A stretch of 64,000 nt of DNA, taken from the NCBI GenBank assembly GCA_963712965.1, contig CAVQJZ010000003.1, positions 66,878 through 130,877 on the forward strand, written 5' to 3'. Shown in pieces: positions 20,201 through 31,357 of the stretch. A program made the translations under genes and the position numbers. The stretch's first letter is position 1. Each line of letters begins with the position of its first letter. This DNA comes from an uncultured Pseudomonadota bacterium (GTDB lineage Bacteria > Pseudomonadota > Gammaproteobacteria > DASZBR01). Below the pieces are notes generated by a model. The model was not told the origin of the DNA and ran no database searches. It saw only the letters and a program-made list of their open reading frames with translations.

Positions 20201-20207
20201 TAATTAC

Positions 20208-20510
20208 TTAACCTTTTAATGTATCCATGTTGGCAACATTAATATCGCCACGTTGACGATACAGTACCATTAAAATTGCTAACCCAATGGCCGCTTCAGC
20301 GGCGGCAACTGCTAATATAAAAAATACAAAAATTTGTCCGCTGATATCATGAAGATAATAAGAAAACGCCACTAAATTAGTATTCACCGCTAATAACATT
20401 AATTCGATACACATTAATAAAGAAATAATATTTTTGCGATTAATCACAATACCTGCCATACCAAGACCAAAAAGCAATGCGCTAACGATTAAACAATTAT
20501 TTAATGTCAT
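20208..20510 (-). CDS. nuoK: NADH-quinone oxidoreductase subunit K
   Basis: 100-aa 3-TM protein with a NuoK-like sequence. Confidence 0.93.
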   Translation of the reverse strand: MTLNNCLIVSALLFGLGMAGIVINRKNIISLLMCIELMLLAVNTNLVAFSYYLHDISGQIFVFFILAVAAAEAAIGLAILMVLYRQRGDINVANMDTLKG

Positions 20511-21091
20511 TTCACTAACCTCACTCGATCTTCTTTTCGGGCTTTCACTTGATCACTCACATTTTGTTGTTTACGACGAATCGGATCAGACAACGTCAAA
20601 CTAATAGCGGCAATCATTGCAACCAATAAAATAACCGCGGTAATTTCAAAAGGAAAAATATATTGCGTATACAGAAGCTCACCTAATTGTGTCGTGTTAC
20701 CGATTTGCGCAACCGGTTGCATTTGACCCATGTGTGGGATAACGCTATGCGTTGGTTCGATCGCATAAAATAATAATCCACCTAATAACGCCGCCATCAC
20801 CAAACCCATGGGCACGTAATAACGCAAAAAGGGTTGTTTTAATGTATTAAAATCAACTTGAATGGTCATCACGACAAATAAAAATAATGTCATGACCGCA
20901 CCGACATAAACTAAAATTAATACTAGTGCCAAAAATTCTGCTGTTAACAACAACCATAAACCAGTCGCTGCAAAAAAAGTCAGCACCAAAAATAAAACGC
21001 TTTTTACTGGATGCTGACTAACCACAACCATCAATGCCGAACCCAGCATTAATAAAGAAAAGCACCAAAATAAAATAGTAGGAATCGGCAT
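20507..21091 (-). CDS. nuoJ: NADH-quinone oxidoreductase subunit J
   Basis: NuoJ-like membrane protein, in operon order. Confidence 0.9.
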   Translation of the reverse strand: MPIPTILFWCFSLLMLGSALMVVVSQHPVKSVLFLVLTFFAATGLWLLLTAEFLALVLILVYVGAVMTLFLFVVMTIQVDFNTLKQPFLRYYVPMGLVMAALLGGLLFYAIEPTHSVIPHMGQMQPVAQIGNTTQLGELLYTQYIFPFEITAVILLVAMIAAISLTLSDPIRRKQQNVSDQVKARKEDRVRLVK

Positions 21092-21579
21092 TATCTAAAC
21101 CTCGAATCTTTTTCTCTATCAGAGGCAATTTGTTTTTCATAACGATCGCCAATCGCTAATAATTTTTCTTTGGTCATAATGGCTTGCGCAGGATTATCAA
21201 ACGCATAATGCAATTGATCAGTTTCAACGATGGAATCCACAGGGCACGATTCTTCACAAAAACCACAGTAAATACATTTGAATAAATCAATTTCATATTT
21301 TGTCGTACGGCGTGAACCATCGTCACGTGGTTCGGCCTCAATAGTAATTGCCAATGCGGGGCATACTGCTTCACAAAGTTTGCAAGCGATGCAACGTTCT
21401 TCACCATTGGGGTATCGTCTTAATGCATGCAATCCACGAAAACGTGGTGAACGTGGTGTTTCTTCTTCAGGATATTGAATGGTAATTTTGCGTGCAAAGA
21501 AATACCGCCCCGTTAAGCGCAAGCCTTGGAGAATTTCCCAAAGAAAAAATGTTTTAAAAAAATGTTTCAGTCTTTGCAT
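21091..21579 (-). CDS. nuoI: NADH-quinone oxidoreductase subunit I
   Basis: Two CxxCxxCxxxCP 4Fe-4S motifs ([24 protein letters not shown]). Confidence 0.95.
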   Translation of the reverse strand: MQRLKHFFKTFFLWEILQGLRLTGRYFFARKITIQYPEEETPRSPRFRGLHALRRYPNGEERCIACKLCEAVCPALAITIEAEPRDDGSRRTTKYEIDLFKCIYCGFCEESCPVDSIVETDQLHYAFDNPAQAIMTKEKLLAIGDRYEKQIASDREKDSRFR

Positions 21580-21603
21580 TACATCTTCCTTAAAAAAACA
21601 TTT

Positions 21604-21742
21604 CCCCTCTCCCCTTGGGGGAGAGGGTTAGGGTGAGGGGTAAATTTCAACGTTTTACCCTCACCCGTTCGCTTCGCCCACCTACGTGACTTCGTCACTT
21701 CGGTGCGCCTAGCTCACGACCTCTCCCATAAAGGGAGAGGTG
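21604..21742. repeat. Family B composite GC-rich palindromic element inside the nuoI-nuoH spacer
   Basis: Sequence ccctctccccttgggggagagggttagggtgagggg + accctcacccgttcgcttcgcccacctacgtgacttcgtcacttcggtgcgcctagctcacgacctctcccataaagggagagg. The second module is essentially identical at 34592-34676. The first module recurs at 25539-25578 (inverted), 31933-31969 and 47955-48112. Confidence 0.8.
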
Positions 21743-21744
21743 AA

Positions 21745-22770
21745 TTAACTAAACCATGGCCCTAATTTTAATTGCACAGCTACTGCAACGACCGCAATCC
21801 ATACCAATGTGACTGGAATTAATATCTTCCATCCCAAACGCATAATTTGGTCGTAACGATAACGCGGCAATGTGGCACGCATCCATAAAAATAAAAACAA
21901 CAGCAAGCTGGTTTTTATTAACAACCATACGATACCGGGTATCCAAGCAAATAATAGCGCTATTCCTGGAATACCTTCAAAGGGCGACAACCAACCGCCT
22001 AAAAACAATAAACTTCCAATCATTGATACTAAAATCATGTTGGCGTATTCAGCTAAAAAGAAAATACCAAATGTAATGCCTGAATATTCCACATGAAATC
22101 CAGCTACAATTTCCGATTCGCCTTCGGCCACATCAAAAGGCGCGCGATTGGTTTCAGCCACCGCTGAAATCCAATACACCACAAATAACGGCAATAAAGG
22201 TAATAAATACCAATGCCAGATTCCACCTTGTTGATGCATTACAATTTTTTCTAAGTTCATGCTGCCAGCAGCAAGTAACACACCCACAAACGCAAAGCCC
22301 ATGGCAATTTCATACGAAATAGTTTGTGCGGCTGAACGCAGCGCGCCTAAAAAAGCATATTTAGAATTAGCCGCCCATCCTGCAATTAAAATTCCATAAA
22401 CACCTGTAGAGCTCATTGCAAATAAAAACAACACACCGGCATGCACATTGGCTAATACCAATTGTGGTTGAAATGGAATCACAGCCCATGCTGATAATGC
22501 AGGAGCAATCGCCAATACAGGCGCTAATAAATATAAATAACGGTTAGACGCTGTGGGTATAATAATTTCTTTGCAAAACATTTTAATAATGTCGGCAATC
22601 GGTTGCGCCACACCAAAATAACCGACGCGATTAGGTCCAATACGCCCTTGAATAAAACCGACCACTTTACGTTCAACGAAAGTTAAATAAGCAACGGCCG
22701 CTAATAACGGAACGACAATTAAAATAATTTTTACTAATGTCCAAACAATAAACTCAATGGTTTCTAACAT
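21745..22770 (-). CDS. nuoH: NADH-quinone oxidoreductase subunit H
   Basis: NuoH/ND1-like ([20 protein letters not shown]). Confidence 0.95.
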   Translation of the reverse strand: MLETIEFIVWTLVKIILIVVPLLAAVAYLTFVERKVVGFIQGRIGPNRVGYFGVAQPIADIIKMFCKEIIIPTASNRYLYLLAPVLAIAPALSAWAVIPFQPQLVLANVHAGVLFLFAMSSTGVYGILIAGWAANSKYAFLGALRSAAQTISYEIAMGFAFVGVLLAAGSMNLEKIVMHQQGGIWHWYLLPLLPLFVVYWISAVAETNRAPFDVAEGESEIVAGFHVEYSGITFGIFFLAEYANMILVSMIGSLLFLGGWLSPFEGIPGIALLFAWIPGIVWLLIKTSLLLFLFLWMRATLPRYRYDQIMRLGWKILIPVTLVWIAVVAVAVQLKLGPWFS

Positions 22771-25024
22771 TGACGTACCCTACGCTGTGATCCAACGCTG
22801 CTGTTTCACTAAATCCACTTGGAATAACCACGCATTGATTAACAACACTTTCATCAATGACAACAGGTAATGCCAATTCGCGATTAGCTTGTTGTATGGT
22901 TAATGTATCTCCTGCACGAACTTTTAATAATGCCGCTGAGTGCGAATTAATTTTTACAACTGCATTCGTATTTAATGCGGCTTTTTGTAATGCAGGCGAT
23001 TTGCGTAGCAACATATCTTGTCGATACATTGGCCAAGCACTGACACAGTCCCATACATTACTTGGATTTTTTTCAAGGGTCTTGCGCATTAGCGGAATTT
23101 TTAGATTAATTTGCGCATCAGTTTGTGGTGTTAACGCACGAATTTCTTTAACTACATCATCGGCTGTCTCGTAATTAAAATTCTGCAATTCCAATAAATT
23201 ACCTAACACACGTAAAATTTTCCATGCCGGTCGCGCTTGATCAATCGACGAAACACACTGAGCAAAATTTTGCCAACGTCCTTCGATATTAATATAGGTG
23301 CCTGTGTTTTCTGCAAAAATGCTGATCGGCAATAATATCTCTGCGTGATCTAATAGTGATGCTGTTTTATAAGGCGTGAAGGCAATCACAGATTCTGCTT
23401 GTTCGAGTGCTTTTAATGCTTGCGAACTATTCGCTAGATCACAATCAGGCTCAATATTAAGTAATACATAGGTGTTTAATTTTGCTTCAAAAGCTTGCTG
23501 GGTATTTAATCCCGCCATCGTGAGTGATTCACCTGCTGTTTTTCGATGTGGCACTGCACCTGCTAACCATGCACCCGCACTATTGGCACCTTCACTCAAA
23601 TACGCAACTTTTGCATTAGAACCTTGCGCGATTTGATGCACGGTTGCACGCAATACAGAAGCATACGGATGATTCATCGCATCAGCACCTAACATAATTA
23701 AGGTGTTTTCATTGTCTGAAAGGTATTGTGCCATATCTTCAATGGCAGAAATAAATGTGGATGGCGAAACAATTTTCTTTTGTGTTAAGGCAAAATGCAT
23801 CGGGTAATCTACGCTGTTTACACATAATACTTTCGTGCCTTGCAAACTTGCTTTGCGAATACGATGCGCAATAATAGGTTGTTCATGACGAATATTGCTG
23901 CCAATAATCAAAATAGTTTGTTGTTTTTCAATATCGGCAATATTAATACCTAATGAAGGATACAGCGGCATCTGCCCTTGGTCTTCCATATCGGTTTGAT
24001 GCAAACGGTGATCAATATTATTGGAGCCTAAGTCACGCATTATTTTTTGTAATAAATAAAATTCTTCGAGTGTGCTATTAGGTGATGCGATAGCCGCAAG
24101 TTGTTGAGGTTGTGTGTGTTTTAATTTTTTCGCTACCGTATTGAGCGCTTCTGTCCAGTCCGCTTCTTGCCACTGCCCTGCTTTTTTAATCATGGGTCTG
24201 GTTAAACGATCTTTGCTGTACAACCCTTCGTAACTAAAACGATCGCGATCACTGATCCATGTTTCATTAATGCTTTCATTTTCTTTTGGTACAACGCGCA
24301 TCACAACACCACGACGCGTATGCAAATAAATATTCGAACCAACCGCATCATGTGGTGCAATAAATTCTTGTTGCTCTAATTCCCACGCACGTGCAGTAAA
24401 ACGAAATGGTTTTGATGTCAGCGCGCCCACGGGACATAAATCGATAACATTGCCAGACAATTCAGAACTTAACATTTCACTTTTTAAATAGGTGCCAATT
24501 TGCATATGTTCGCCGCGACCAATTGTGCCTAATTCACGTTGGCCTGCCACTTCTTGACCAAAACGCACACAGCGTGTGCATTGAATACAACGTGTCATAT
24601 CCGTTGCAATAAGCGAACCTAAATCTTCATCTTTCACAGAACGTTTTGTTTCACTGTAACGAGAAACATCAGGGCCATAACCCATCGACATATCTTGTAA
24701 TTCACACGCACCCCCTTGATCACAAATGGGGCAATCGAGTGGATGATTAATCAATAAAAATTCCATCACTGATTTTTGTGCATCAATGGCTTTGGCTGAT
24801 TTTGTAAATACTTTCATGCCAGGTGTGACAGGTGTGGCACATGCCGGTAATGGTTTGCCGACTTTTTCAACTTCGACTAAACACATACGGCAATTCGCCG
24901 CGACTGATAATTTTTTGTGGTAACAAAAACGTGGAATAGCAATGCCTGCATTATCAGCAGCTTCGATAATCATCGTTCCTTGCGGAATTTCTAATTTTTG
25001 ACCATCAATTTCTATTTCGATCAT
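22754..25024 (-). CDS. nuoG: NADH-quinone oxidoreductase subunit G
   Basis: 2Fe-2S and 4Fe-4S Cys motifs plus a molybdopterin-like domain. The start is set at MIEIEIDGQ (ATG 25024) rather than the track's 25075, which would overlap the upstream ORF. Confidence 0.93.
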   Translation of the reverse strand: MIEIEIDGQKLEIPQGTMIIEAADNAGIAIPRFCYHKKLSVAANCRMCLVEVEKVGKPLPACATPVTPGMKVFTKSAKAIDAQKSVMEFLLINHPLDCPICDQGGACELQDMSMGYGPDVSRYSETKRSVKDEDLGSLIATDMTRCIQCTRCVRFGQEVAGQRELGTIGRGEHMQIGTYLKSEMLSSELSGNVIDLCPVGALTSKPFRFTARAWELEQQEFIAPHDAVGSNIYLHTRRGVVMRVVPKENESINETWISDRDRFSYEGLYSKDRLTRPMIKKAGQWQEADWTEALNTVAKKLKHTQPQQLAAIASPNSTLEEFYLLQKIMRDLGSNNIDHRLHQTDMEDQGQMPLYPSLGINIADIEKQQTILIIGSNIRHEQPIIAHRIRKASLQGTKVLCVNSVDYPMHFALTQKKIVSPSTFISAIEDMAQYLSDNENTLIMLGADAMNHPYASVLRATVHQIAQGSNAKVAYLSEGANSAGAWLAGAVPHRKTAGESLTMAGLNTQQAFEAKLNTYVLLNIEPDCDLANSSQALKALEQAESVIAFTPYKTASLLDHAEILLPISIFAENTGTYINIEGRWQNFAQCVSSIDQARPAWKILRVLGNLLELQNFNYETADDVVKEIRALTPQTDAQINLKIPLMRKTLEKNPSNVWDCVSAWPMYRQDMLLRKSPALQKAALNTNAVVKINSHSAALLKVRAGDTLTIQQANRELALPVVIDESVVNQCVVIPSGFSETAALDHSVGYVNVRNH

Positions 25025-25028
25025 GAAT

Positions 25029-25292
25029 TTACCCGTGTTTTTGTGTTGTTGCAGATACATGCAACAAACCATCAATGCTTAAATCTTCATCAATTTCTGG
25101 CCAATGTATGCCATAACCACCGCCAGAAATTTGCCAGTGTTTTCGTTGTGCAACAGAAGCACTACGCAATTTTGGATACCATGTTAGCGGTACAGAAATA
25201 ATGCGTCCGTCCATTAAGTCGACGACAAGAAATTTTTCCGATATATGAACGTTTGCTACACGCTCATCAATTTTTTTTGCTAAAAAATTCAT
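25029..25292 (-). CDS. DUF2442 domain protein
   Basis: FLVVDLMDGRIISVPLTWYPKLRSAS...W.ISGGGYGIHWPEIDEDLSIDGLL is the typical DUF2442 pattern. Its stop lies 4 nt before the nuoG ATG. An alternative start is at 25307. Confidence 0.75.
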   Translation of the reverse strand: MNFLAKKIDERVANVHISEKFLVVDLMDGRIISVPLTWYPKLRSASVAQRKHWQISGGGYGIHWPEIDEDLSIDGLLHVSATTQKHG

Positions 25293-25509
25293 ACCAAGCC
25301 TCAACAAAAATTAATCTATATTCAATAACGATTTCTTTTATTTTTCGTAACTCTTTTTCACTAAACCCAATATTATAAGCAGGCTCAATAGGCAATAACC
25401 AAAATTTTGCACTTAAATTGTCTCGATCAACATGAATATGTTCTTTTTCACCCTGCTCATTACTATAAAAATAGAACCGATAAGGTCCATAACGTAATAT
25501 TGTTGGCAT
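25267..25509 (-). CDS. DUF4160 domain protein
   Basis: GPYRFYFYSNEQGEKEHIHVDRDNLSAKFWL is the typical DUF4160 pattern. It overlaps the DUF2442 gene. Confidence 0.75.
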   Translation of the reverse strand: MPTILRYGPYRFYFYSNEQGEKEHIHVDRDNLSAKFWLLPIEPAYNIGFSEKELRKIKEIVIEYRLIFVEAWYEFFSKKN

Positions 25510-25538
25510 ATCTTATTATTGTCCTTTATTGTAAAAAT

Positions 25539-25578
25539 TACCCCTCACCCTAACCCTCTCCCACAAGGGGAGAGGGGG
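25539..25578. repeat. Family B element (first module, inverted orientation)
   Basis: acccctcaccctaaccctctcccacaaggggagaggggg lies between nuoF and the DUF4160 gene. Confidence 0.7.
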
Positions 25579-25581
25579 AAC

Positions 25582-26850
25582 TTAATTCAAATTACACTTC
25601 TTATGTTCAATGTGATACACAAACTCATTGCGAAAATGTTTAATAAAACTTTGGACAGGCATAGCTGCTGCATCACCTAATGCACAAATGGTGCGGCCCA
25701 TAATTTTACCCGCGACATTATCTAATAATTCTAAATCACCGACTTTACCTTCACCATGCAAAATACGATGTAATATACGCGCCATCCAACCGGTTCCTTC
25801 ACGGCATGGTGTGCATTGCCCGCAAGATTCTTCATAATAAAAATGCGCGATGCGCGCGAGAACTTTTACCATGCAGGTATGTTCATCCATCACAATCACA
25901 GCACCTGAACCTAACATGGACCCTGCTTTGGAAATGCTGTCGTAATCCATATTGGTTTCTAACATGACATCACCGGGTAATACTGGCATCGATGATCCAC
26001 CAGGAATTACCGCTTTAATCTTGGCGTTGTTTTTTACGCCACCGGCAAGCGCTAATAAATCTTTGAATGGCATACCTAAAGGCACTTCGAAATTACCTGG
26101 GTTATTAACGTGCCCAGACACACTAAAAACTTTGCAACCACCATTGTTGGGTTTGCCTAATTCTAAAAACCATTGCCCGCCTTTTTCTAAAATCACAGGA
26201 ACAGAGGCAAATGTTTCGGTATTGTTGATCGTTGTTGGTCGACCATATAAACCATAATTTGCAGGGAATGGTGGTTTGAAACGTGGTTTCCCTGGTTTGC
26301 CTTCGAGAGATTCCATCAATGCAGTTTCTTCACCGCAAATATAAGCACCTGCGCCTCGATGATTGTACAAATCAAAATCAATCTCAGAGCCAGCAATATT
26401 TTTTCCTAACAAACCAGCGGCGTAGGCTTCTTTTAATGCTTCTTCACAACGCTGAAAAGGTTCGTCATATTCACCGCGAATATAGTTATAACCAACTGTC
26501 GCGCCCATCACGTATCCACCAATCGCCATTCCTTCGATGACTTGATGTGGATTGAAACGCAAAATATCACGATCTTTACACGTACCTGGTTCGCCTTCAT
26601 CAGAATTACATAAGACATATTTTTGCCCAGGCGTTAAACGTGAAATAAAACTCCATTTCAGTCCGGTAGGAAATCCAGCGCCGCCTCGACCACGCAACGC
26701 AGAAGCTTTAAGTTCAGCAATAATTTGTTCGGGTGGTGTTTTTTCACGCAAAATTTTGCGCCACGTGGAATATCCACCCACGCTTTCATACGTTTTGAGT
26801 GTCCAAGATTTCTCTAAATGTCGTGTTCTAAAACAAATGTCATTAGCCAT
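25582..26850 (-). CDS. nuoF: NADH-quinone oxidoreductase subunit F
   Basis: [17 protein letters not shown] site and an [12 protein letters not shown] 4Fe-4S motif. Confidence 0.95.
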   Translation of the reverse strand: MANDICFRTRHLEKSWTLKTYESVGGYSTWRKILREKTPPEQIIAELKASALRGRGGAGFPTGLKWSFISRLTPGQKYVLCNSDEGEPGTCKDRDILRFNPHQVIEGMAIGGYVMGATVGYNYIRGEYDEPFQRCEEALKEAYAAGLLGKNIAGSEIDFDLYNHRGAGAYICGEETALMESLEGKPGKPRFKPPFPANYGLYGRPTTINNTETFASVPVILEKGGQWFLELGKPNNGGCKVFSVSGHVNNPGNFEVPLGMPFKDLLALAGGVKNNAKIKAVIPGGSSMPVLPGDVMLETNMDYDSISKAGSMLGSGAVIVMDEHTCMVKVLARIAHFYYEESCGQCTPCREGTGWMARILHRILHGEGKVGDLELLDNVAGKIMGRTICALGDAAAMPVQSFIKHFRNEFVYHIEHKKCNLN

Positions 26851-26867
26851 AATTTATTCCAATAATT

Positions 26868-26968
26868 AAATCCCCCAGCTTTGCTTCGCAAAGCTACCCC
26901 CTTTTTCAAAGGGGGTTTTTCTCTTTCGCTTTTCGCCCCCTTTGGAAAAGGGGGCCACGGGGGATTTT
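26868..26968. repeat. Family C palindromic element (aaatccccc...ccccctttttcaaaggggg...ccccctttggaaaaggggg...gggggattt) in the nuoE-nuoF spacer
   Basis: Terminal inverted repeats AAATCCCCC/GGGGGATTT and two internal hairpins, read directly. It abuts the nuoE stop. This is the only copy in the window. Confidence 0.6.
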
Positions 26969-27434
26969 ATTTTAGTTTCTCCAAAATGTTATCAATCCTC
27001 TCCGGCGTTAACTTTTCGTGATACTCATGTCCAACATGCATCACTGGTGCATGCACACACGCACCTAAACATTCCACTTCTTTCAAACTAAATTTGCCAT
27101 CCGGCGTTGTGTCTAATTTCTTTTTAATATGTTTCACAATAGAGTCGCTGCCAGCTAGCATACAGGAGATATTGGTACAAACATTTAACTTATGTTTAGC
27201 GGCGGGTTTTAAATCATACATTGAATAAAACGTAGCAACTTCATAAACCGCAATATAGGGCATTTGTAAATAATCAGCGACTGCACGCATTAATTCTTCA
27301 CTTAACCAACCTTCATGTTGTTCTTGCACTAATAATAAAACAGGCAACACTGCAGATTGCTTTTGTTCGGCAGGATATTTTGCAATCCAATGATCAATTT
27401 GTTTTTTAAGTGCTTCTGAAAATATGGTTGTCAT
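26967..27434 (-). CDS. nuoE: NADH-quinone oxidoreductase subunit E
   Basis: NuoE 2Fe-2S pattern (CTNISC...CLGAC). Confidence 0.93.
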   Translation of the reverse strand: MTTIFSEALKKQIDHWIAKYPAEQKQSAVLPVLLLVQEQHEGWLSEELMRAVADYLQMPYIAVYEVATFYSMYDLKPAAKHKLNVCTNISCMLAGSDSIVKHIKKKLDTTPDGKFSLKEVECLGACVHAPVMHVGHEYHEKLTPERIDNILEKLK

Positions 27435-28687
27435 TAGCGATCAATCTCTCCAAACACAATATCTTGACTGGATAAAATAGCGACAACATCTGCTAACAAA
27501 TGTCCGCGACACATTTCATCTAATGCTGCCAAATGTGGAAAACCCGGTGCGCGAATTTTGAGGCGATACGGTTTATTCGCACCATCCGAAATTAAATAAA
27601 TACCAAACTCACCCTTGGGATGTTCAACGGCGGCATACGCTTCACCTGCGGGTAAACAATAACCTTCGGTAAATAATTTGAAATGATGAATTAATGATTC
27701 CATATCTTCTTTCATCACTTCGCGCGAAGGTGGTGTAATTTTATGGTTATCTAACATCACCGGACCAGGATTTTTTTTCAGCCACTCAACACATTGGCGA
27801 ATAATTAAATTCGATTGACGCATTTCTTCAATGCGTACTAAATAACGATCATAACAATCGCCATTCACACCAACCGCCATCGCAAAATCCAGCTTGTCAT
27901 AAACTTCGTACGGTTGTTTTTTGCGTAAATCCCATTCCACACCTGAACCACGCAACATGGGTCCTGTAAATCCTAACGCTTTGGCGCGTTCTGGTGAAAC
28001 TACACCAATACCAACAGTGCGTTGTTTCCAAATGCGATTGTCAGTTAATAATGTTTCATACTCATCCACACAGGTTGGAAAACGTTCAGTGAAATCCCAA
28101 ATAAAATCTAATAATGAACCTTGGCGATTAGCATTACGTCTTTTAATTTCTTTGCTTTTCACCCATTTTGATGGTTGATATTGCGGCATGCTTGAGGGTA
28201 AATCACGATACACACCACCCGGTCGATAATAGGTAGCATGCATGCGCGCACCTGACACAGCTTCATAACAATCCATTAAATCTTCACGTTCACGAAACGC
28301 ATATAAAAATACGGTCATCGCACCTAAATCTAAACCATGCGCACCGAGCCATAACAAATGATTTAAAATACGCGTGATTTCATCAAACATCACACGAATA
28401 TATTGTGCACGCACGGGAATTTGCACACCTAATAATTTTTCAATCGCTAACACATAACCATGTTCATTACACATCATCGATACATAATCGAGACGATCCA
28501 TATAACCAATACTTTGATTATAGGGTTTGCTTTCCGCTAATTTTTCTGTGGCACGATGCAATAAACCAATATGGGGATCAGCGCGCTCAATGACTTCACC
28601 ATCTAATTCTAAAATTAAACGCAATACACCATGTGCGGCAGGATGTTGTGGACCAAAATTAATGGTGTAATTTTTAATTTCAGACAT
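27434..28687 (-). CDS. nuoD: NADH-quinone oxidoreductase subunit D
   Basis: [14 protein letters not shown] signature. It is separate from nuoC, not fused as in E. coli. Confidence 0.95.
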   Translation of the reverse strand: MSEIKNYTINFGPQHPAAHGVLRLILELDGEVIERADPHIGLLHRATEKLAESKPYNQSIGYMDRLDYVSMMCNEHGYVLAIEKLLGVQIPVRAQYIRVMFDEITRILNHLLWLGAHGLDLGAMTVFLYAFREREDLMDCYEAVSGARMHATYYRPGGVYRDLPSSMPQYQPSKWVKSKEIKRRNANRQGSLLDFIWDFTERFPTCVDEYETLLTDNRIWKQRTVGIGVVSPERAKALGFTGPMLRGSGVEWDLRKKQPYEVYDKLDFAMAVGVNGDCYDRYLVRIEEMRQSNLIIRQCVEWLKKNPGPVMLDNHKITPPSREVMKEDMESLIHHFKLFTEGYCLPAGEAYAAVEHPKGEFGIYLISDGANKPYRLKIRAPGFPHLAALDEMCRGHLLADVVAILSSQDIVFGEIDR

Positions 28688-29252
28688 GGCGAATTACCTT
28701 CGGTACTAATACGCGTGGTTCAATATCAACAGGCACATAAATAACACGCCCTTCTTTTGCATCGTAACGAACTTCAACCGTACCACTTAAAGGAAAATCT
28801 TTGCGGAACGGATGACCAATAAATCCATAGTCGGTCAAAATTCGGCGTAAATCAGGGTGACCATCAAATAAAATACCGTACAAATCAAATGCTTCACGTT
28901 CAAACCAATTTGCCGCAGGCCAAATGTTTACGACAGAAGGAATAATGGGTGGTTCGTCATCTAAAAATACTTTCAAACGTAAACGACGATTGTGCGTGTA
29001 CGATAACAAGTGATACACCACAGCAAAACGTGGTTTATCCCAAACAATATTCGTGTACTCATTTTTTCTTTCGGCGGCACGATCAAATCCTGTGCCCGTT
29101 GCTTTTGTTGTAACCCATTCGCTTTTGCCATATTCGCTGTAATCGACACCACATAAATCAATTAAGGCTTCATAAGCTTGTGCAGGATCATCACGTAATT
29201 CTTTGGCAGTTTTTAATAAGGCTGATTTTTCAATTTCTAAAGTCTCAGTCAT
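28680..29252 (-). CDS. nuoC: NADH-quinone oxidoreductase subunit C
   Basis: NuoC-like ([24 protein letters not shown]). The start is set at MTETLEIEK (29252) to avoid a long overlap with nuoB. Confidence 0.9.
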   Translation of the reverse strand: MTETLEIEKSALLKTAKELRDDPAQAYEALIDLCGVDYSEYGKSEWVTTKATGTGFDRAAERKNEYTNIVWDKPRFAVVYHLLSYTHNRRLRLKVFLDDEPPIIPSVVNIWPAANWFEREAFDLYGILFDGHPDLRRILTDYGFIGHPFRKDFPLSGTVEVRYDAKEGRVIYVPVDIEPRVLVPKVIRHV

Positions 29253-29736
29253 TTTTGTTATCCTTTTTGGCCAAACGCTTGCGTACTTTATTTTGTAATT
29301 GAATAACGCCATAAACTAATGCTTCAGCCGTTGGTGGACAACCAGGAACATAAATATCCACAGGAACAATACGGTCGCAACCACGCACGACAGAATAAGA
29401 GTAATGATAGTAACCACCACCGTTGGCGCAAGATCCCATCGAAATTACCCATTTCGGTTCGGTCATTTGATCGTAAACTTTGCGCAATGCGGGAGCCATT
29501 TTGTTACATAATGTGCCGGCGACAATCATGACATCAGACTGACGTGGGCTGGGGCGAAAAATCATACCGAAGCGATCAAGATCATAACGTGATGCACCAG
29601 CGTGCATCATTTCAACCGCGCAACAGGCTAAACCAAATGTCACTGGCCACAGTGAACCACTGCGTGCCCAGCTGACTAATTTATCCAGTGATGTAGTGAC
29701 AAAACCATGTGATTGCAATTCTTGTGCTAGCGCCAT
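29245..29736 (-). CDS. nuoB: NADH-quinone oxidoreductase subunit B
   Basis: [10 protein letters not shown] ... GCPP motifs. An alternative start is at 29757. Confidence 0.93.
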   Translation of the reverse strand: MALAQELQSHGFVTTSLDKLVSWARSGSLWPVTFGLACCAVEMMHAGASRYDLDRFGMIFRPSPRQSDVMIVAGTLCNKMAPALRKVYDQMTEPKWVISMGSCANGGGYYHYSYSVVRGCDRIVPVDIYVPGCPPTAEALVYGVIQLQNKVRKRLAKKDNKND

Positions 29737-30083
29737 TCCAACGCTCCTTTGCACCATTCATAAATAAACCCAACAACTAATAAGCCAATGAAAATGGCCA
29801 TCGCTACAAATCCAACCCAACCAATGTCACGCAAAACAATGGCCCAAGGAAATAAAAAAGCTGTTTCTAAATCAAAGAGGATAAAAAGAATAGCAACTAA
29901 ATAATAACGCACATCAAAAGGTATGCGTGCATCATCAAACGCGGGAAACCCACATTCATAAGGCGATAATTTTTCTTGTTGTGGATTGTGAGGGCTGAAA
30001 AATCTGCCTAAAATCATGGGCACAACACCAACTAAAATACCAATGGCAATAAAGATTAGCACTGGCAAATAATTCGTTAGCAT
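29727..30083 (-). CDS. nuoA: NADH-quinone oxidoreductase subunit A
   Basis: 118 aa, 3 TM, YECGF motif. Confidence 0.93.
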   Translation of the reverse strand: MLTNYLPVLIFIAIGILVGVVPMILGRFFSPHNPQQEKLSPYECGFPAFDDARIPFDVRYYLVAILFILFDLETAFLFPWAIVLRDIGWVGFVAMAIFIGLLVVGFIYEWCKGALEWR

Positions 30084-30119
30084 TGATTACCCTTATCGAT
30101 TCAACATTATCTTTAAAGA

Positions 30120-30204
30120 TGGTGCCGAAGGTGGGACTCGAACCCACACGACTTTCGCCACCACCCCCTCAAGATGGCGTGTCTACCAATTCCACCACTT
30201 CGGC
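30120..30204 (-). tRNA. leuU: tRNA-Leu, anticodon GAG, type II long variable arm, CCA encoded
   Basis: Reverse complement is GCCGAAGTGGTGGAATTGGTAGACACGCCATCTTGAGGGGGTGGTGGCGAAAGTCGTGTGGGTTCGAGTCCCACCTTCGGCACCA. I folded it by hand: 7-bp acceptor stem, anticodon stem CCATC/GGTGG, loop TTGAGGG, T-arm GTGGG-TTCGAGT-CCCAC. It sits after secG, as leuU does in E. coli. Confidence 0.9.
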
Positions 30205-30212
30205 GAATATGT

Positions 30213-30290
30213 GTCATGCCGCACTTGTTGCGGCATCCGGTAAAATTTCAAACATTTACCAGACCCCGCAATAAATGCGGGGTGACAAAA
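30213..30290. repeat. Family A MITE-like element, copy 2 (between the secG stop and tRNA-Leu)
   Basis: tgtcatgccgcacttgttgcggcatccgg...accagaccccgcaataaatgcggggtgacaaaa. The TIR pair is TTGTCAtgCCGCA / TTGTCAccCCGCA. Confidence 0.8.
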
Positions 30291-30599
30291 TTAATTTTTA
30301 CTCGGTACTTTTGTTTGTGACTGTTGCAATAATACCGACGGTGTATTCGCCATTTGTTCTTGTTTTACGTCGACTGCAATTAAATGTCCTAACAACAAAT
30401 TCGTGACAAAGAAAATAGCGGCTAACACAGCAATTAACTTTACTAAAAATGACGTAGAGCCTTGGCTACCAAAAACAGTTTGTGATGCACCACTACCAAA
30501 GGAAGCACCAACATCAGAACCTTTACCACGTTGCATCAAAATTAATACGATGATTAAAAGCGCAATGATTAGATGAATAATTAATAACAGTTGTTGCAT
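30291..30599 (-). CDS. secG: Preprotein translocase subunit SecG
   Basis: LILMQRGKGSDVGASFGSGASQTVFGSQG is the SecG signature. Confidence 0.92.
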   Translation of the reverse strand: MQQLLLIIHLIIALLIIVLILMQRGKGSDVGASFGSGASQTVFGSQGSTSFLVKLIAVLAAIFFVTNLLLGHLIAVDVKQEQMANTPSVLLQQSQTKVPSKN

Positions 30600-30607
30600 T
30601 TTAATCG

Positions 30608-31357
30608 TTACTCCGCGAATGCTTCTATAATTGCCATAAATTCTTGCGCATTTAACGATGCGCCGCCTACCAATGCTCCATCTATATCTGGCATTTGTAC
30701 AAATTGAGCAGCATTCGCTGCTTTGACACTGCCACCATAAACAATAGGGATATTGGCTAATTGGCTATTTTCAGTTTTTAAACGATCACGCAATAACGCA
30801 TGAACTTCTTGTGCTTGTTCAGCATTAGCACTGAGTCCAGTACCAATTGCCCAAACGGGCTCGTAAGCGATGATACTGTGCTGCAATAGCTCCAAATTAG
30901 CGCGCAAGTCTAGCATACTCTGAAGCTGTGCCAAGACCACCCGAGCGGTATTTTGGCTTTCACGTTCACTTAATGTTTCACCGACACACAAAACAGGGCG
31001 AACTCCTTGCTCATAGGCACGCTGCAACTTTTGTTGAATCATACTTTCTGTTTCGCCAAAAAGCTGACGTCTTTCTGAATGCCCTACTAACGTAAATTGA
31101 CAGCCTAATTCTTTGATCATGCGTGCTGAGATCTCGCCCGTATAGGCACCGTCTTGGTAAGCACTAATGTTTTGTGCACCCCAATGTACTTTGCTGTGTT
31201 GCAGCAGCTTTTTAGTTTCTGGCAGATAAATAGCGGGAGGGAAAACAGCAACTTCAGGATTCAGTGCCACTTTACTTAAAGCGCCTAACAAATCAGTTAC
31301 CATGGCGTGATTACCATTCATCTTCCAATTGCCCAGCACATATTTTTTTCTAGTCAT
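30608..31357 (-). CDS. tpiA: Triosephosphate isomerase
   Basis: GNWKMNG, VGHSERR, AYEPVWAIGTG motifs. Confidence 0.95.
   Translation of the reverse strand: MTRKKYVLGNWKMNGNHAMVTDLLGALSKVALNPEVAVFPPAIYLPETKKLLQHSKVHWGAQNISAYQDGAYTGEISARMIKELGCQFTLVGHSERRQLFGETESMIQQKLQRAYEQGVRPVLCVGETLSERESQNTARVVLAQLQSMLDLRANLELLQHSIIAYEPVWAIGTGLSANAEQAQEVHALLRDRLKTENSQLANIPIVYGGSVKAANAAQFVQMPDIDGALVGGASLNAQEFMAIIEAFAE

Noticed and set aside
25025-25075. N-terminal extension of nuoG (MMVCCMYLQQHKNTGKF...)
   Set aside because: It would overlap the DUF2442 ORF end. NuoG homology begins at MIEIEIDGQ (ATG 25024).
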